A model generated the notes under the pieces. That model worked only from the letters and a program-made list of their open reading frames with translations, did not search any database and was not told the origin of the DNA. 64,000 nt of DNA from Mobula hypostoma (Eukaryota). Where the stretch lies: contig NC_086109.1 in assembly GCF_963921235.1 (NCBI RefSeq), positions 31,684,001-31,748,000 of the forward strand, written 5' to 3'. Below are positions 61,031 through 64,000 of this stretch, one piece after another. Positions within the stretch are counted from its first letter, which is position 1. Each line of letters begins with the position of its first letter. Made by a program: the position numbers and the translations under genes.

Positions 61031-61734
61031 TGCTCTGTGTGTTCACCAAAACAGTAAGGAATTAGTTTAATTCACAGGCTGGCCAATTGTAAGGATTTGA
61101 ACTATCCTAATTCTAATAATTAATCAAAAAATCCAGCAAAAGTAAATGAGGAATGAAACTGTTGTTACGTTTACAGGGCTTGTTTCTAACTGTTTATAAA
61201 AGACACAAGGGAGGGGTTTGCAAACAAATCTACTAAAAGAGTATGAAACAGAAGGAAGAGGAAATAAACTTAAGGAAACATCTAAGTAAAAGTTAGGATA
61301 ACTTCTGATAAGAATTTATGCTGTTTAATAAGTTCCCTTTGGTATCAATATTATCGTCATTAGATTCCTTAATCATTAACACTGAAGGTAATGACTGGTC
61401 AAAAATAGAACAGGAGCAACTACATAAATATCATAGAATTGACAGCAGATCTGACTCCAAATCTCTGGTGGCAAATAACTCATCAGCTGCCTTTGCAAAG
61501 ACTTCCCAGTATTTACCAGATACCTTATGGATTTCATGAAATTGTATCCACTTCTCTGACTGAAAATATATTCAACATTTAAGAAACTCAGTATTTCCAA
61601 GGACAATATTACACATTTGCTTGCCCCTTCCATCATAATATTAAACATTCACTCTCTCTAACCATGAATTTCAACTTTGTAATGTATCAAGATGAAAGGG
61701 AAAACATGTGGAAAATGACCAGTTGTCACTTTTT

Positions 61735-62242
61735 TAAACAAAAAATATTGCAGATGCCAGAAATATTGAGCAACACATAAAATGCTGCAGAAACTTAGCA
61801 TGCCAGTGTTGCGCGGGGCAACTGAGGAGAACCCAAGTGCAGGACACCGGCACGTCAACTGAGTTAGGGATGCTGACATAGACGTGAACATAGAACAGCA
61901 AACCGGAGGAATTTTGACAAGGAGACGGGATCTACAGGGACTATCTTGAAACTAGAGCAGAACTTGGAACTAAACTTAGAACTAACGGTTCTAAACGGAC
62001 AAGAGAACGAGGTAACGCACGAGAAGAAACCAACAAACTGGCAACCTGAGATAGAGAAGCCATCGTACTTATTTCACAGTCTCTGATAAAAACCAGGTGT
62101 ACTGTAATTAGGTAAACGAGCAGCAATTGGAAATCTAGCAACTGAAATTAGGGCGTAATCAGGGAGAAAGGAGCGTTAAAGGGGAACAGCCTAACGGAAC
62201 CATGACAGTCAGGCAGCATTTATGGAGAGGAAAGAACAGTTT
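61735..62242 (-). mobile_element. PLE terminal repeat split by a solo LTR
   Basis: TGCAGATGCCAGAAAT..CTTAGCATGCCAG | GTCAGGCAGCATTTATGG. Confidence 0.75.
61807..62207 (-). mobile_element. Gypsy-type solo LTR
   Basis: TGT..ACA termini; 5-bp TSD GCCAG/GTCAG; minus-strand 3' end CCTGCACTTGGG..AACA. Confidence 0.8.
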
Positions 62243-62354
62243 TGCTTGTCAGTTTTTTTTAAGACACCAGTCAGACTTTGAAGTATATCACTAATCTTGC
62301 ATTGTTATTTGGTCAACATTCTGGTAGCACCATGGACTGTTATACTTCAAGATA

Positions 62355-64000
62355 AGAGATAGATAGACAGATACTTTATTGATCCCAAAGGAAATTAGAG
62401 TGTCTCAGTAGCATTACAACTGCACAGTGTTACATACCTCATGGGTATCTTGTAGCTATCTTATGACCATGATGTAACTGAGTATCTGATGAGCATGATG
62501 TAATGGTCTTGCGGAGGTCACATGATGTAATTTTCCCGCCAGTGAGGTCACATGATGACCTGTTCTCAACAGGTATATAAAGGAGACCCCTGGTGTGACG
62601 CAGTTAGTTTTCACTTTAGCTTTGTGTTAGTTAATCCGTATTGCTGCGTATTCGTCTTATGACACAATTTCGTTTTAAAGTGGAGTTCTACTTTCTATTG
62701 TAAGTAGTATCGGAGAGTGAAGACCCTACCAAAGTACAGGAATTCACTGAGTTGAGTAAAGCTGATATCGTTTGGTGGTTTTGGAGAGGATCAACTTTAT
62801 TGAATCTTCGTTCAAGAAAAAGTGACCTGCAACTGAGATATCCCCTGCTAAAGTAGGAAGGATAGTGCAGTGTCTATTCTCCAGAGGAAAAGGTCAGTTC
62901 CTTTAAACCGTTTTATTTCCATCATCATGAATCTTGTGGGCAAGGCAGGTTCCAGCTGGGATCAGCAGCAACGTCACGTCTTCGAGGAATTCTTTACTTC
63001 AGAGAAGTCTCTCCTAATTGTCTGTATAACTCTCTTGGACTTGTGAATTTACTATCCTAAGAACTGTGTTCGAATTTACCACTTTAAGAACTGTTTTCAC
63101 ATTTACTCTTTTTAAGAACTGTTCCAGAGTTGCCGTATAGCAGTTACCTTCCGGTTAAATTAGTCGTTTGAATATTTTTCGCTATTGTTGAGTAGAGTTT
63201 AATAAATGTTTGTTTGTTTTTATAAAATCTGACTCAATTCTATATTCATTGTTGCTGGTCATGTGACAACAGATATAAATATTAAAAAGGAAAGTAGTAA
63301 GAATAAAAAATAAGTTACCCCAAACAGTCTAACAGAAGGGGTTCATCACTTCTCCAGCTATAGGTCAACTCATTATACAGCCTAATGGCCGAGGGCAAGA
63401 ATTACCTCATATAGTGCTCTTTGGAGCAGCACAGTTGGCTTTGTCTATTACTTAAGCTGTTCCTCTGTTTGATCAAGGTTGCATAGAGATGGTGAGAAAC
63501 ATTGTCCAGATTTGTCAGGATTTTCCATAGGGTCCTTTATTCTACCACGGCCTCCAGTGTATCTAGTTGACTCCTATAACAGACCCAGCCTTTCTAATCA
63601 GTTTATTGAGCCTGTTGGCATCACTCGTGTTGATGTCATTGTCCCAGCACACCACTGCATAGAAGATTGCACTGGCAACAACAGACTGGTAGAACATGTG
63701 AAAGAGAGGCCCGCATACTCCAAAGGACCTCAGTCTCCTCAGGAAGTTGAGAAAACTCTGACATACTTGTACAGAGCCTCTGTGTTGCTGCTCCACTCAA
63801 GTCTGTCATCCAGGTGCACTCCAAGGTATTTGTAGGATCTCACCATATTCACATCCTCACCATCAATAGTAACAGGAACAATGCAAGCTTAGTCTTCCTA
63901 AAGACCATCACCATCTCCTTTGCCTTACTAATGTTGAGTTGCAGATGATTCAGCTTGCACCATTGACAAAGTCTTCCACCAGGGCCCTGCATACATCTTC
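62355..64000 (-). mobile_element. Rex1/Babar LINE 3' part, split by a solo LTR (runs off right edge)
   Basis: FLRRLRSFGVCGPLFHMFYQSVVASAIFYAVVCW; tail ATCAATAAAGTATCTGTCTATCT; same family as 17090-17850. Confidence 0.9.
62428..63268 (+). mobile_element. Solo LTR with intact-looking promoter motifs
   Basis: TGT..ACA termini; 4-bp TSD ACAG (62424-62427, 63269-63272); TATATAAA at 62574; AATAAA at 63201. Confidence 0.88.

Noticed and set aside
61428..61559. Minus-strand frame SEKWIQFHEIHKVSGKYWEVFAKAADELF
   Set aside because: Several overlapping frames are open; no recognisable protein.
1..64000. CRISPR array, prokaryotic operon or retron-like RT system
   Set aside because: No regularly spaced repeats or gene-dense regions; all RTs are vertebrate non-LTR or Penelope types.

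Overview
Eukaryotic, repeat-dense non-coding DNA (intron or gene desert). The repeat repertoire suggests a cartilaginous fish, probably a ray; this is inference. Much of the window is nested transposable elements: CR1 LINEs (one old near-full-length copy at about 6.0-14.3 kb carrying a young copy whose ORF2 is broken by a single base), Rex1/Babar LINEs, an RTE fragment, Penelope-like elements (PLE) and many short PLE terminal-repeat copies with minimal hammerhead ribozyme motifs, tRNA-derived SINEs, a non-coding family with Rex1-type tails, five solo LTRs, a hAT-like and a Tc1-like non-autonomous DNA transposon. No host gene, rRNA, true tRNA or CRISPR array could be identified; only weak exon candidates. 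Most notable: (1) the CR1 ORF1/ORF2 junction reconstructs as an in-frame U_UUA_AAC slippery heptamer ahead of an AUG-less ORF2 in the -1 frame, suggesting programmed ribosomal frameshifting; (2) a core-intact dimer-type hammerhead in a TSD-flanked PLE insertion, plus a recurrent A6C core variant; (3) 93-bp tandem monomers at the CR1 5' end. Boundaries were read by eye and are approximate unless a TSD is cited.
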